64,000 bases of DNA from Glaucostegus cemiculus (lineage: Eukaryota): NCBI GenBank assembly GCA_976551045.1, contig CDPCPM010000231.1, positions 930,001-994,000 of the forward strand. Direction: 5' to 3'. Below are positions 26,214 through 38,456 of the stretch, one piece after another (within the stretch, counting starts at the first letter, position 1; each line of letters starts with the position of its first letter). The position numbers and the translations under genes were made by a program. The notes under the pieces were generated by a model. The model saw only the letters and a program-made list of their open reading frames with translations, ran no database searches and was not told the DNA's origin.

Positions 26214-26820
26214 AAATAAAGGGATTGAGTTCAAGAGCAGAGAGGTGATGATGCTGCTTTACAAAACTCTAGTTAGGCCGCACTTGGAATATTGTGTTCA
26301 GTTTTGGTCGCCGCATTATAGGAAGGATGTGGAGGCGTTGGAGAGGGTGCAGAGGCGTTTTACCAGGATGATGCCTGGATTGGAGGGTATGGAATATAAA
26401 GAGAGGCTTAAGGTGCTAGGGCTCTACTCATTAGAGAGGAGGAGGATGAGAGGGGACTTGATAGAGGTGTATAAGATATTAAGAGGAATAGATAGAGTTA
26501 ATAGTCTGCGCCTCTTTCCCAGAGCGCAGATGCTCAAGACGAGAGGGCATGCCTTTAAGATAATTGGTGGAAAGTATAGGGGAGATGTCAGAGGGAAGTT
26601 TTTCACCCAGAGAGTGGTTGGTGCATGGAATGCACTGCCTGGGGTGGTAGTGGAGGCAGATACGTTGGACAGGTTTAAGAGATTGTTAGATAAGCACATG
26701 GAAGAATGTGGAATAGTAGGATATGAGGGTGGAAAGAGTTAGTTTGGGAGATGTTTGTAGGATGGCACAGCTTGATGGGCCGAAGGGCCTGTTCTGTGCT
26801 GTATTGTTCTATTTTTTTTT
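26191..26820 (+). mobile_element. Young 5'-truncated CR1 LINE
   Basis: Uninterrupted ORF2 C-terminus LYKTLVRPHLEYCVQFWSPHYRKD...FFTQRVVGAWNALP and 3' tail ggccgaagggcctgttctgtgctgtattgttcta. Confidence 0.95.
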
Positions 26821-28374
26821 TGTTCGTTGTATTTAACCATTTTAAGTGTCTCCACTACCCAAGGACATTTATAAAGTAAAACTGAGGTAAACAATTACCA
26901 TAAAATTAAGTTAATTGAAAAGCTAAAACTATTAAAAGCATTAAACTTAAGCAAAATCAATTTTAGAAGACTTACTGTCCTCTTTGCCTCCCGATCTGCA
27001 GGCCTAGAATCTCTATTGTGTAATGCAGGAAAAATCGCAACAAGTGTGGATTCCTAGGATTTTTTATAGCAATTGCAACATAATATTCTTCTTGCCCTCA
27101 AACCCAAGATCTGATTGAAGGAGCCTATTCACTTCCTCCTCTGTCTAAATAGACTAGTCTCCTTTTCCTATTGTCAATATATTACTGTCACTCCTACAAC
27201 AAACCATATTGGCACCAGCCATTCTTTTAGAATTCCTCAATACAGGCGGCTTGTTTCATTCATGGTAACCATGTCCAGTTTAGGAGGGAAACTCAGCACT
27301 GTTTTCAGAACAGTGAAAGGACCCAGTTCACTCCAGTCCCATGTAAGTCCATTCCCACACCACCTTTCCTGTTATGACTTGGCCTTTACAATTCACATAG
27401 TGGCAGGCTGTCAAATGATATTTATTGACTTTGTCACACCTACCACACTGAACCGTAACACAAATGTCAGCACGAAGCCTATTAAAATGCTTCTTAAATG
27501 CGTTAAAAGCGATGACTACACTTACATTGCAGATACTGCACCTAAGATCGCCGACAGGATAACTGACACTGACAAGTCCAGCAATGGAAAATGGGGATGG
27601 ATTTAACCATCCAATCTGTCAGTAAATCACAGGATATGCATGCAAGTCCAGTTTGAATGCCTGAACACCAACAGGTCCATCTGGAAATGCCAGTCATGCA
27701 CAAAATGATTTGACCCATTGTTTGCTTCCATTGCATTCTGATTATAAAATAAAGCACAAAATCTAAAGTGTATATTCCTGATTAAATAACAAGAAGTCCC
27801 ATATCACAAGCAACATAAAGGAAAAGTGAGTAGAAGGTGAATCAGCCCCTCAAGTCTGTTCTGCCATTCAATAAAATTATGACTGATCCAGTCCTGGTCT
27901 CAAAAACAAAATGAAGCTGTAGGATCCTACTCCTGTACTGCAAAGGGCCATTCCAAAGGGGAGCAAGAAGTAATATATATCTAAGATGCTTGGAGAACAA
28001 TTTACTCACAGAAAATGTGTAGAATCTGAGACATTGGATCTTAGGTACGACATCTGCTGCAGCCACAATTACAACTTCAGAGCAGGGCAAGGTCTGCATT
28101 GCCAGGTACTGTCAAGTTGATTGTGACAATTTTTATGCTTTTAAGTTTTCAGCTGAGAGCCAGGCACATTGCAGTATTGCTGAGATTGCTATTCTATTGC
28201 GATGTATGGGAATCCACTGAGGCTCTCTTCTGAAGGAGGGTTGTCTATATTTAATTCTCCTTTTACAGTGACCAGCAGGTGGAAAAAGCATACTTTCTTT
28301 TTTAAGATTGTGGGTTTCCCCGATGGTGCAATGTGCAATCATATACATTTGTCAGTTCTGTTCTATATTAGAGT

Positions 28375-28590
28375 CATAGAGCACTAAAGCACAGAAACAG
28401 ACTATTTGGCCCATCTAGTCCATGCAAGCCTGGTCTTCTGCCTAGTCCCATCCACCTGCACACAGACCACAGCCCTCCAAACCCCTCCCATCCATTTAAC
28501 CTATCCAAACCTCTCTTAAGTGTTACAACTGAACCCACATCCTCCACAACTCATTCCACACTTGCACCACCCTTTGAGTGAAGTAGTTTG
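28375..28590 (-). mobile_element. CR1 3'-end fragment
   Basis: gagtcatagagcac..acagaaacag..tttggccca tail in reverse orientation. Confidence 0.65.
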
Positions 28591-29207
28591 GAACCAAAAG
28601 TGAGCCATTGGTGTGTACTGATAATTCATGCACATAAGTACCTTCTTATCCTGTCCATCCACTTAGGTCCCAGATCTTTCCATTGTCAGACATAATGCCA
28701 TGATCCTTAGTTAACCCTGGAAAGATCCCAAACAATACACTGGCTGTCCTCGAGCGGTGGGCACGGTCTGTACCTCATGCAGTTGCAGTTTTCAGATACT
28801 GTGGTAAAATCCCATTTCACCATGTTGACCAGCTTGGGTACAGAGACAGTTCAATTTCTTCCAAGTGGCCCATTATTCCACCGCCTCCCTTAGGTAGTTG
28901 CCAAGTTGCCCTAATGTCCATTCTGACTCTACTGACACTGTCTGGAAGCAGCACGTGCCACAGCTCCTTATGAATGGAAGGAGGAAGCTCTTGTCTGACT
29001 TCAGGTGTTTCCCTGCAGTGGTACGACCATCTTGTGTCATTTGTCTGCCGATTCCTTTCTCCTTGGCTAGCTACAGTTCCCCGGACGTCTGTTGGTGGTA
29101 TTCCAACGAAGATCTAGATGATACTAATCCACTGTCTTAAGACAACTAGAATTATTATTTTGAAGCTGTTATTCAGCAGATCCTAGGTCACTTTTTTTGG
29201 AAAGGGC

Positions 29208-31606
29208 ATAGAACCATAGAACAGTACAGCACAATACAGGCCCTTCTGCCCACCATGTTGTGCTAACCTTTAAACCACGCCTAAGACTATCTAACCACTT
29301 CCTCCCACATATCCCTCTATTTTAAATTCCTCCATATGCTTATCTAACAATCTCTTGACCAACATATCAGCCTCCACCACCACCCCAGGCAGCACATTCC
29401 ATGCACCAACCACTCTCTGGGTGAAAAACCTCCCTCTGATATCTCCTTTGAACTTCCCACCCATTACTTTAAAGCCATGCCCTCTTGTATTGAGCACTGG
29501 TGCCCTGGGAAAGAGGCGCTGGCTGTCCACTCTATCTATTCTTCTTAATATTTTGTATACCTCCATCATGTCTCCCCTCATCCTCTCCAAAGAGTAGAGC
29601 CCTAGTTCCTTTAGTCTCTCCTCATAATCCATACTCTCCAAACCAGGCAGCATCCTGGCAAATCTCCTCTGCACCCTTTCCAACACTTCCACATCCTTCC
29701 TATAATGAGGCAACCAGAAATGGACACAATACTGCAAGTATGGTCTAACCAGAGTTTTGTACCGCTGCATCATTACCTCACGGCTCTTAAACTCGATCCC
29801 ATGACTTATGAAAGCTAACATCCCATAAGCTTTCTTAACTACCCTATCCACATGTGAGGCAACTTTCAGGGATCTGTGGATATGAACCCCCAGATCTCTC
29901 TGCTCCTCCACACTACCTAGAATCCTGCTACTAACCTTGTACCCCGCCTTGGAGTTTGTCCTTCCAAAGTGCACCACCTCACACTTTTCCGGATTGAACT
30001 CCATCTGCCACTTCTCAGCCCAGCTCTGCATCCTATCAATATCTCTCTGCAATCTTCCACAGTCCTCCACACTATCCACAACACCACCAACCTTTGTGTC
30101 GTCTGAAAACTTGCCAACCCACCCTTCTAACCCCTCATCTAAGTCATGAATAAATATCATGAAAGTAGAGGTCCCAGAACTGATCTTTGTGGGACACCAC
30201 TAGTCACAGCCTTCTAATCTGAATGCACTCCCTCCACCACAACCCTCGTCTTTCTACAGGCAAGCCAATTCTGAATCCACACGGCCAAGCCTCTCTGGAT
30301 CCCATGCCCTCTGACCTTCTGAAGAAGCCTACCATGTGGACCCTTGCCAAACGCCTTACTAAGATCCATGTGGACCACATCTACTGCACTACCCTCATCA
30401 ATCTTCCTGGTCACCTCCTCAAAGAACCCTATCAGGCTTATGAGACATGATCTGCTCTTCACAAAGCCATGCTGGGTGTCCATAATCAGTCCATGATTCT
30501 CTAAATGCTCATAGATCCCATCTCTTAGAATGCTTTCTAACAGTTTGCCCACGACAGACATAAAGCTCACTAGTCTGTAATTCCCTGGACTATACCTACT
30601 ACCCTTTTTTTGAATAAGGGGATAACAGTTGCCACCCTCCAATCCTCCGGTACCATTCCCGTGGACAATGAGGACTCAAAAGATCCTAGCAAATAGTTCA
30701 GCAATCTCCTCCCTTGCCTCGCGGAACAGCCTGGGGAATATTCGGTCAGGCCCCGGGGCCTTATCTGTCCTAATATTCTCTAACAGCTCCAACACATCCT
30801 CTCTCTTGATATCTACATGCTCCAGAACATTACCCTCACCAACACTGTCCTCAGTGTCATCAAGGCCCCTCTCTTTGGTGAATACTGAAGAGAAGTATTC
30901 TTTGAGAACCTCACCAGCTTCCAGGCACATCCTCCCACCTTTATCCCTAATTGGACCCACCTTTACTCTTGTCATCTGCTCTTCACATACTTGAAAAAAA
31001 GCCTTGGGATTCTCCGTAACCCTACTCGCCAAAGCCTTTTCCTGTCCCCTTCTCGCTCTCCTCAGCTCCTTCTTAAGTTCCCTCCTTGCTACCCTATATT
31101 CCTCACAAGCCCGCTGATCCTTGCTGCTTTTACCTTATGTATGCTGCCTTCTTCTTCCTAACTAGTTGTTCCACCTCTCTTGTCACCCACAGTTCCTTCA
31201 CCCTGTCACTCTTTCTCTGCCTCACTGGGACAAATTTATCCCTAACATCCTGCAAGAGATCCCTGAACAACGACCACATCTCCACAGTACATCTCCCTTC
31301 AAAAATGTCATCACCACTGTCAAGTTCTAGCCTTATAGCCTGATAATTTGCCCTTCCCCAATTAAATATCTTCCCATCCTCTTTGCTCCTATCCCTGTCC
31401 ATCACAATGCTAAAGGTTAGGGAGCAGTGGTCACTGTCCCTCAAATGCCCACCCACCGAGAGATCAGTCGCCTGACCTGGTTCATTACCTAATACTAGAT
31501 CTAATATGGCATTCCCTCTAGTTGGCCGGTCAACATACTGTGCTAGGAGTCAGTCATGGACACACTTAACAAACTCTTCCCTGTCTAAACCTTTGGCACT
31601 AAGCAG
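29208..31606 (-). mobile_element. CR1 LINE, about 2.4 kb of ORF2 (end of endonuclease, RT and C-terminus), frameshifted
   Basis: ORFs 31130-31456 (LRDSDH), 30676-31032 (KAPGPDRIFPR), 30214-30642 (QHGF..SCL..VD..DLSKAF) and 29291-30160 (KFSDDTK); atagaacc tail repeats. Confidence 0.96.
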
Positions 31607-33039
31607 GTATGTACTGAGACAACAATAGGCAATTGAACAGGTTTTAATTACATGCTGATAGTGCATGCAGAAGTAACTGACCAGTAAATTGTTTGGGTTT
31701 GGTGGAAATTGACCAGCAGCCTAATAGTCTATTAAGCTGACCAGTGAGCAGCTAAAGTGTGCTCAATTGATGACAATCCCCTGCTTGCATCACTGTTGCC
31801 ATACCATTGGCATAGATGTGCTACTTGTGTTTGATGGGTCATTCATGAAGATAGATTAAAGAGCCAGGGTACCAATAGACTTGGACCATTATTAGACATC
31901 AATTGCTTATCTATAATTAAAAGTTTTTTTCCCCACCAGCTTCTTGTGTATTCCTGTGCTTAAAAATGTAAGCACAGGAACATGAAAAAAAAATCAAAAG
32001 TTGAAATCTGATCTGCAAAATATTGCTACGCTGTGTTAAATGCAGTAAAAACAAGTTCCTTGCAATTGCTCTACCACTGCTACCATAACTCTTACACAGA
32101 TTTTCCACTACACTATGCTCCAAGCTTTGAGCACCTCTGAAGAGTTTCCAGTCACTAACTCAACACATTTCATTGTTGTAGATCTGTAGCCTTGAAAATA
32201 TACTAACATGTATTTCAAGAAATAAGGAGGTCCTAATTCAGTATGAGCAATACTGTGGGAGTTCCACTAATACAATAAAAAATAAACCAGATCATCTGAA
32301 TTTTTTGTCAAATATATGTTAAAATACATACATGTATGAAAATGCTGTACAGAAGACACATCCATCAATGCTCTTCTACCCTGTATGACAACTCTTGTAA
32401 AAGGAAGCTAAAATTTGTAATGAAAACCTTCCAATAAGGTTGTATATAAAAAAAATCCTAATTTGAACGATTTTTGTATTTTGAAATGAAATTTTATTAA
32501 TAAGTAAAAATCTCTGAATTTGCTCAAACTTTAAAGACAGATTAAAGTTAAAACAAGTGCAGTCAATGCTATTTTCAGAACCTTTCAGAAAAGCACCTCA
32601 AGGAAATGACTCAAATCCCATTTGGTTGGAAAATTTATCTTTTTTTTTCCATTTTGTTGTAACCACATACAAAAACATTAATACCTAATGATAACTGAAA
32701 TTCAATCATTTTCTTAGTGAGAGTTACACCAGAAACATTAATATCATGCTGTTACTGATAGCGAAAAGGACTCTCCATTTTCAGGTGTTTTCCCTTTTCA
32801 ATTTCTATCATATTTTTGCAAATGGAGTTGCATTAAAACATTTCTTCATTAACACTGTGCTTAAATATAGTACAACATTTAAATACAGTAATCTTCAGGT
32901 TGAACTAAAATGTCAACTGATAGACTTATGCTTCTCCACAGTTATTTCCACGTTCTGTTTTGGTCATTTGTTTTCAAGCTGGTTCATGTGGCCTAACAAC
33001 CATAAATCTCCTGCGTTGTATTTCCAGAAATATGAAATT

Positions 33040-33660
33040 CAAATTTGAGCTGTGACCTAAGCTGTAGTACCTGCCACAAATGTGGAAGGAGAGGTTAGCT
33101 ACATTGTTTGTACGGTGGTTACTATACTGTGGGTAATTATCTGAAGTGATCAATCTTTTCACATTACATTCCGTCTGCCCTATCCTCACTCATTCACTTA
33201 GCCTGTCTATATCCTCTCTGGATCTTCTTCACAACATGCCTTGACACTCAGATTTGTATCATTAGTAAACTTGCATATATTACACTTGATTTCCTCCTCC
33301 AAATAATTGGATACAGATTGTTAACAATTAGGGTCTCCCCACCGATTCCTGCAACATCCCACTAAATCATAACCTCTCAACCCAAAAAGGACCCCTTATA
33401 CCTACTGTTTTCTGTCTGCTAACCAATCATCAGTCCATATATGCATGATACCCCAATCCCACGTGCTTTCACTTTGTTTAATATCCCTTTGAGTGGATCC
33501 CTTTAAGTCAAAATCTTAAAGGCCTTCTGGAAATACAAATTTCGCACATCCACTGGTTCTCCCTTATCTATTCTGCTAGTTACAACCCCAAAGAAACTAA
33601 GTGATTTGTCAAACATAAATTCACGTCAACTGTGCCCAATCCTATTATTATTTTCTCCAT
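33040..33660 (-). mobile_element. Degraded CR1 RT fragment
   Basis: Reverse complement of KFADDT/VD..DF.KAF-type segments. Confidence 0.65.
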
Positions 33661-33770
33661 TTTCTTAGGCAGACCCTTGGAATCGAGGATGACGTGCTTC
33701 CACTCCAGTTGTATGGATTCTGATGAGACCAACGTGGGGACTGCAGACTCTTCCACAGGAGGTACCCGAT
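33660..33770 (-). mobile_element. RTE-type LINE 3' end fragment
   Basis: cttaggcag.ccct.gg.atcgaggatgac.tgcttcca resembles the RTE 3' terminus as recalled. Confidence 0.45.
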
Positions 33771-33949
33771 GAGGCAGGCTGGTAGTAGTTTTTGTTCGAG
33801 ATGGTGCACTCCTTCCACAGTGTACAAAAGACTTCTGTGTGCTTCCAGGTTTCCTTAAATTCCCTGCTTTCACTTCTGTTTCATAAGTTCTATCCCAGCT
33901 GGTGTGTGATAGATGACTGTCTTGGAGGATGAAGTTCTGTAAAATCTGC

Positions 33950-34170
33950 TTACAGGACTTCATTCCCAATCTCCACCAATTTAATTGGTACTGATATGGA
34001 CTATTATCTTTGGCTGTTCATCCTCGCCTCCAAAACGGTCCAGAGCCGCTCTCTGGTATCCTTGACCATGCCACTAGGGAGGGAACACACTTCCCTGGAA
34101 TCACATCTGGTCCTGCAGAAATGCCTGGCTGCTCCCCTAGTTACAGAATCCCTTATAATTAGTGCATCTT
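33950..34170 (-). mobile_element. CR1 ORF1 SGNH-esterase remnant
   Basis: Minus strand reads ALIIRDSVTRG..FC....SREVCSLPSGMVKD..ERL..VHISTN, resembling the GDS...CLPGA...VHxGTND blocks. Confidence 0.65.
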
Positions 34171-34879
34171 TGACCTTTCTTCCTATACAGCTTTGCCATC
34201 AGCGACGTTTCTGTTTTGGCTCTGACTGCACTCACAGTGAAACCCTCTGCCCCATTAGTATTCAGAACTCAATATTATTTAGGAGGAAGAAAGCCCCAAA
34301 GTTTCTGTACTCTGATCTCTATGAATACATTTTTCCTTGCCCTAAGCATTCATTTGGATTGACTGCTAAGTATTGAATGTCAGTGTTTTTATGCATGAAC
34401 TGTAGAGTTGCAGCAAGCCTGCAAGATTTAGGCTGTGCAACAGCACCAACACAGCACTTTCATGTACTCTATGCCCTAGTGCATACAAGATTGCTGGTGT
34501 GAGGCGTGCATAGAATGATGTAATTCTTTTTGCAACACCCTTTTAGAGCATTAGCAGGCAAAACCGAGTTACGTTCTCCTATTTTAGAAACAATTGTGGG
34601 TTACTCACAGGCCTCCATTCACTACAGCTGTGCTTTAAGGCCACTTACTTGTGCAGTATATCACTCTCAGTGAGGCTGCCTGGGGTTGCAGGAAGGGACC
34701 AAAACCTGCTTTTGGCAGAAGTGCCAAATATGGCCACCTTGTCGTGGGTGCTCCTGTTGTGAACCCACTATGCATATGCACAAGATAGAGCTACAGAACA
34801 GCAACAGAAGCAGACCTGATGTGCTTAAGGAATATGAAGGAGGAGAGAAAGAAGGGCTCATGTCCTCACAGTGCATCCT

Positions 34880-35300
34880 TCAAGAGCATTCAAGGAACTG
34901 CACTCCTGCCGAGCTTTGTGAAGAGCAACAAATGCAGAGATTAACATTTCCCAAGTTGGCAGCTATGGGGACATGACCAACTGCAGGCAGATCTGCAGCC
35001 ACACATCCAGACTGCTCTGCCATAGAGGTTAAGGTCACCATCAATTTCATGCCTCTGGATCATTCCTGCTGGCAACATCTGACCTATGTGATATTTCTCA
35101 GTTCGCTAGGCATCATAAAATTATGGAAGTCACTGATACTCTCCACTCAAAAGGGAATTTTGCTCCCATTCTCTTGGCTAGAGACTATTAGGCACCGGAC
35201 TCACCTTGAGAATTCAAAACTCTACTCATATAAGCATTTCTGGTGGTCGATGCTTTGTATCTGGGGTGTCTGCATTGCCCAGCAATTCTCAAACAATCTA
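34880..35300 (+). mobile_element. PIF/Harbinger transposase remnant
   Basis: Frameshifted CEEQQMQRLTF..LQADLQP..TAL(P)IEVKVT.INF.ASGSF.LATSDLCDISQ..H..IMEVTDTL resembles the HARBI1-type HTH region. Confidence 0.7.
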
Positions 35301-35924
35301 TATCCAATTGCCACTGCTCCTCAAGGAGGGCTGACCCTTGGGGACAGCCAGCTTTGAAATTCAATGGAGAAGGTCCCATTCCAGCAGCTCACTGGGTGAC
35401 TCAGAATGTGCACTTCACCCACAGACATTTCTGTAAGCCGTGACCGATATCTGGAGTGAAAGCTGCGACTTTTCTACAGTAAGCTGACTACGAACTGCCA
35501 AACATTTTCCAATAAAGAACTAGCCATTCCTAAGCACTTCTAGTTACTTCCAAAGTAACTTCCTTACTTTGGAAACACTGTCTGCTTTGAGCAGCCAAAA
35601 AAAATTCCCTGATGCCTGTGTCTTCCCTAAAAGCAACGCGAACACTCTCATATCAGTAGCAGACAGGCTCATAATTCCTCTGGCTGGACTGAAAACAAAA
35701 TCAAGTACATTCAATTTAGAGGGATTAAATTTGGATTAAATTTTCTACAACTGAAACTGAGCCACCTGTTTGGTTCTCTCTGTGCTGATCACAGCAGGAA
35801 GACTTAGTGGGTGAAACATTTAAACAAGAAAATGCTGAAAATATTGGCAGGTCAGACAAGAGATACAGAGTCCAACCTAGAATGTTAACTGTTTCTCTAT
35901 CCACAGATGCTGCCTTATTTAGAT

Positions 35925-37310
35925 GCATAGAGTTATACAGCATGGAAACAGGTCCTCTGGTACAACTCGTCTATGCTGAGGTAGTCCCATCTGCCCGTGT
36001 TTGGCCCTTAGTCTTCTAAACCTCTTCTATCCACATACTTATGTAGATGGCTCTTAAATGTTGCTAATCTGCTCGCCTCAACCACTATTTCTGGCAGCTC
36101 ATTCCAAATAGGCAATACACTTTGTGTGAAGAAGCTGCCTGCTGTCCCTTTTAAATCTCTCGCCTCTGATCTTAAACCTCTGCCCTCTTGTTTTTCTCCC
36201 TGCCTCAGTTTCACATTGTGCTTTCATCCCGTCTTTGCCCCTCATGATCTTATACACCTCTATCAGGTCACCCCTCAGTCTCCTACATTCCAGGGAATGA
36301 AGTCCCAGTCTACACAACCTCTCCTTGTAACTCAGGCCCCCAAGTCCAGGTAACATCCTGGTACATCTCTTCTGTGCTCTCGCTCTCTCTCTCTAATTTA
36401 ATAACATCTTTCCTAGAACAAGGTGACCAAAATTGTACACAGTACTTCAAGTGCAGCCTCACCGACATCTTATATAACTGCAACATAACTTCCCAACTCC
36501 TATACTCAATACCCTGACTGGTGAAGGCCAGCGTGCCAAATGCCTTCTTCACCACCTTATCTACCAGTGGCACTGCTTTCAGTGAACTATGCACTCGCAC
36601 TCCTAGGTCCCCCTGTTCCGTTAACATTCCCCATTCACTGTACAAGTCCTACCCTAGTTTGATTTCCCAAAATGCAACACCTCACACTTACATGGATTGA
36701 GAGCCATTTGCTAATCCTCAGCCCACATACCTAACTGATCAAGATCCCCCTGTAATTTTTTATAACCCCTACACTATCTACAACACCACCTATTTTAGTA
36801 TCATCTGCAAACTTACTAACCATGCCTTGTAATTTATGTAAATGATTTGGATGTGAATGTACAAACAACGAAGGTCCCGGCACTGACCCCTGTGGCACAC
36901 CACTAGACGCAGGCCTCCAGTCTGAGAAAAAATCCTCGACCATCACCCTCTGCTTCCTACCACTGAACCAATTATGAATCCAATCTGCTATCTCCCCCTG
37001 GATCCCATGCGATCTAACCTTCTGGTCTAGCCTGCCATAAGGGATCTTGCAAAGGCCTTGCTAAGGTCCATACAGACAACATCCATGGCCCTGCCCTTAT
37101 CTACCCTCTTGGTTACCTCCTCCAACAGGTTTATCAGACACGACTTCCCACGCACACATGCTGACTGTCCCGAATCAGACCCTGTCTCTCCAAATGTTGG
37201 TAGATCCTGTCCCTCAGAATCCCCTTCAACAATTTACCCACCACTGACATCAGACTCACCGGCCTGTAGTTTCCTGGCTTGTTTTTGCTACCCTTTTTAA
37301 ACAATGGTAC
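35925..37310 (-). mobile_element. CR1 LINE 3' part (RT and C-terminus)
   Basis: SGVPQGSVPGPSLF, SKFADDTKIGG, LERxRLRGDLIEVYKI, FFTQ..WNELP. Confidence 0.93.
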
Positions 37311-37707
37311 CACTTGCTGAGTATTTCCTGCATTTTCTGTTTTACGTCAGACTTCCAGCACCTGCATTCTTTTTTGATTTTTGTTTGATACTCACAACTC
37401 ATCAGTACAGCATCAGCAGCTGACAGAGCATGAGATTTACTGCATTAGTGACGTGCAATATCTTGTCCTAATGAGTCTCTTCTCATACCGAGCTTCTAAT
37501 TGTGAGAGCAAGCTGATCCTGGGCCCAGTCAATTAAATGTCATGGTGTCACTACTTGGACAAATCAACTGTTCAATACAAACCACCTTAATGGAAGAAAG
37601 TGGCCTCATTTCCCCATTAAATCTGTATATTTGGGTATGGACAAAGTACAACTGCACAAGAAAAGGCAGTATGGACTTCAATGATCCAGAGTTTCCAGAC
37701 AGTAAAC

Positions 37708-38456
37708 TCAGCCTCCAATTGTCCAAAGACAGTCATTCCCAAAAATCCTTGACCACGCCTTGCTGAAACAGCCATGGGAAAAATTCTGTGGTAAAGCAGC
37801 CTGACAAAGCACAACAATCACTAACCTGCCTGAGCTGCTGAGTTCTTCCAGCACTTTGTGTTACAACAATGACTTGGTTGCAGGATCATCATTGCACATC
37901 TTTCTTTTACTTAAGCTGTGCTAATGAAAGGGAATCATTTCTCAGCAAATCATACTGCCCTCTAGGGTCAAACACCTCACACCTATGGCTAATTTCAGGA
38001 GGTGCGCTGACCTTCTGTAGGAGACTCTCTTGGTAATCCATCCCTCAAAAAGCAATGCCCTTGTTGTAAATCTTCAGTCCCTGCAGTTTACCCCTTGCTG
38101 ATGGACAAAGCAAACCAATGGTTGTCACTCTTGATGATTTTGCCATGAGGATATCTTCATCTGTACTCCTGCACAATGTGACTTTCCAAAGAGACTCACT
38201 GACTTTGTCATCAGGAAGATTCTGAAGCACAAAGAAATTAGCCCTTCTTCAAAAAGATTAAGCACAGGAATAACTACCAGATATTAAATGCTACGTCATT
38301 GTGAGCCCCAGGCACTTCTAAAGCACATCTGCCAGAACTGCCACTTGACCCCAGGACCAGACCTGACTCATTGTGGAAAAACTACTTCAAGTGCCTTCCT
38401 GCAATTGCAGACAATGCACCAACTGGTAGTCTCATGGTGTGTCTGGTATTAGGCAC
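37708..38456 (-). pseudogene. Probable decayed, apparently intronless BCL2L14/BCL-G-like paralog
   Basis: Colinear frameshifted motifs on the minus strand: LSAIAGRHL (cf. LMAYAERTL), LISLCFR (cf. LIPRCLR), QESLLQKVSA/LLKLAIG (BH3-like), DSLSLAQLK (cf. DGLSYSVFK), LLCFVR/LPQNFS(P)WLFQQG(G)WSRIFG (cf. VLGFGTKYLKENFSPWIQQHGGWEKILG). Multiple stops and frameshifts. Confidence 0.55.

Noticed and set aside
27115-27606. 163-aa plus-strand ORF
   Set aside because: TTG start, no motif, composition like non-coding DNA.
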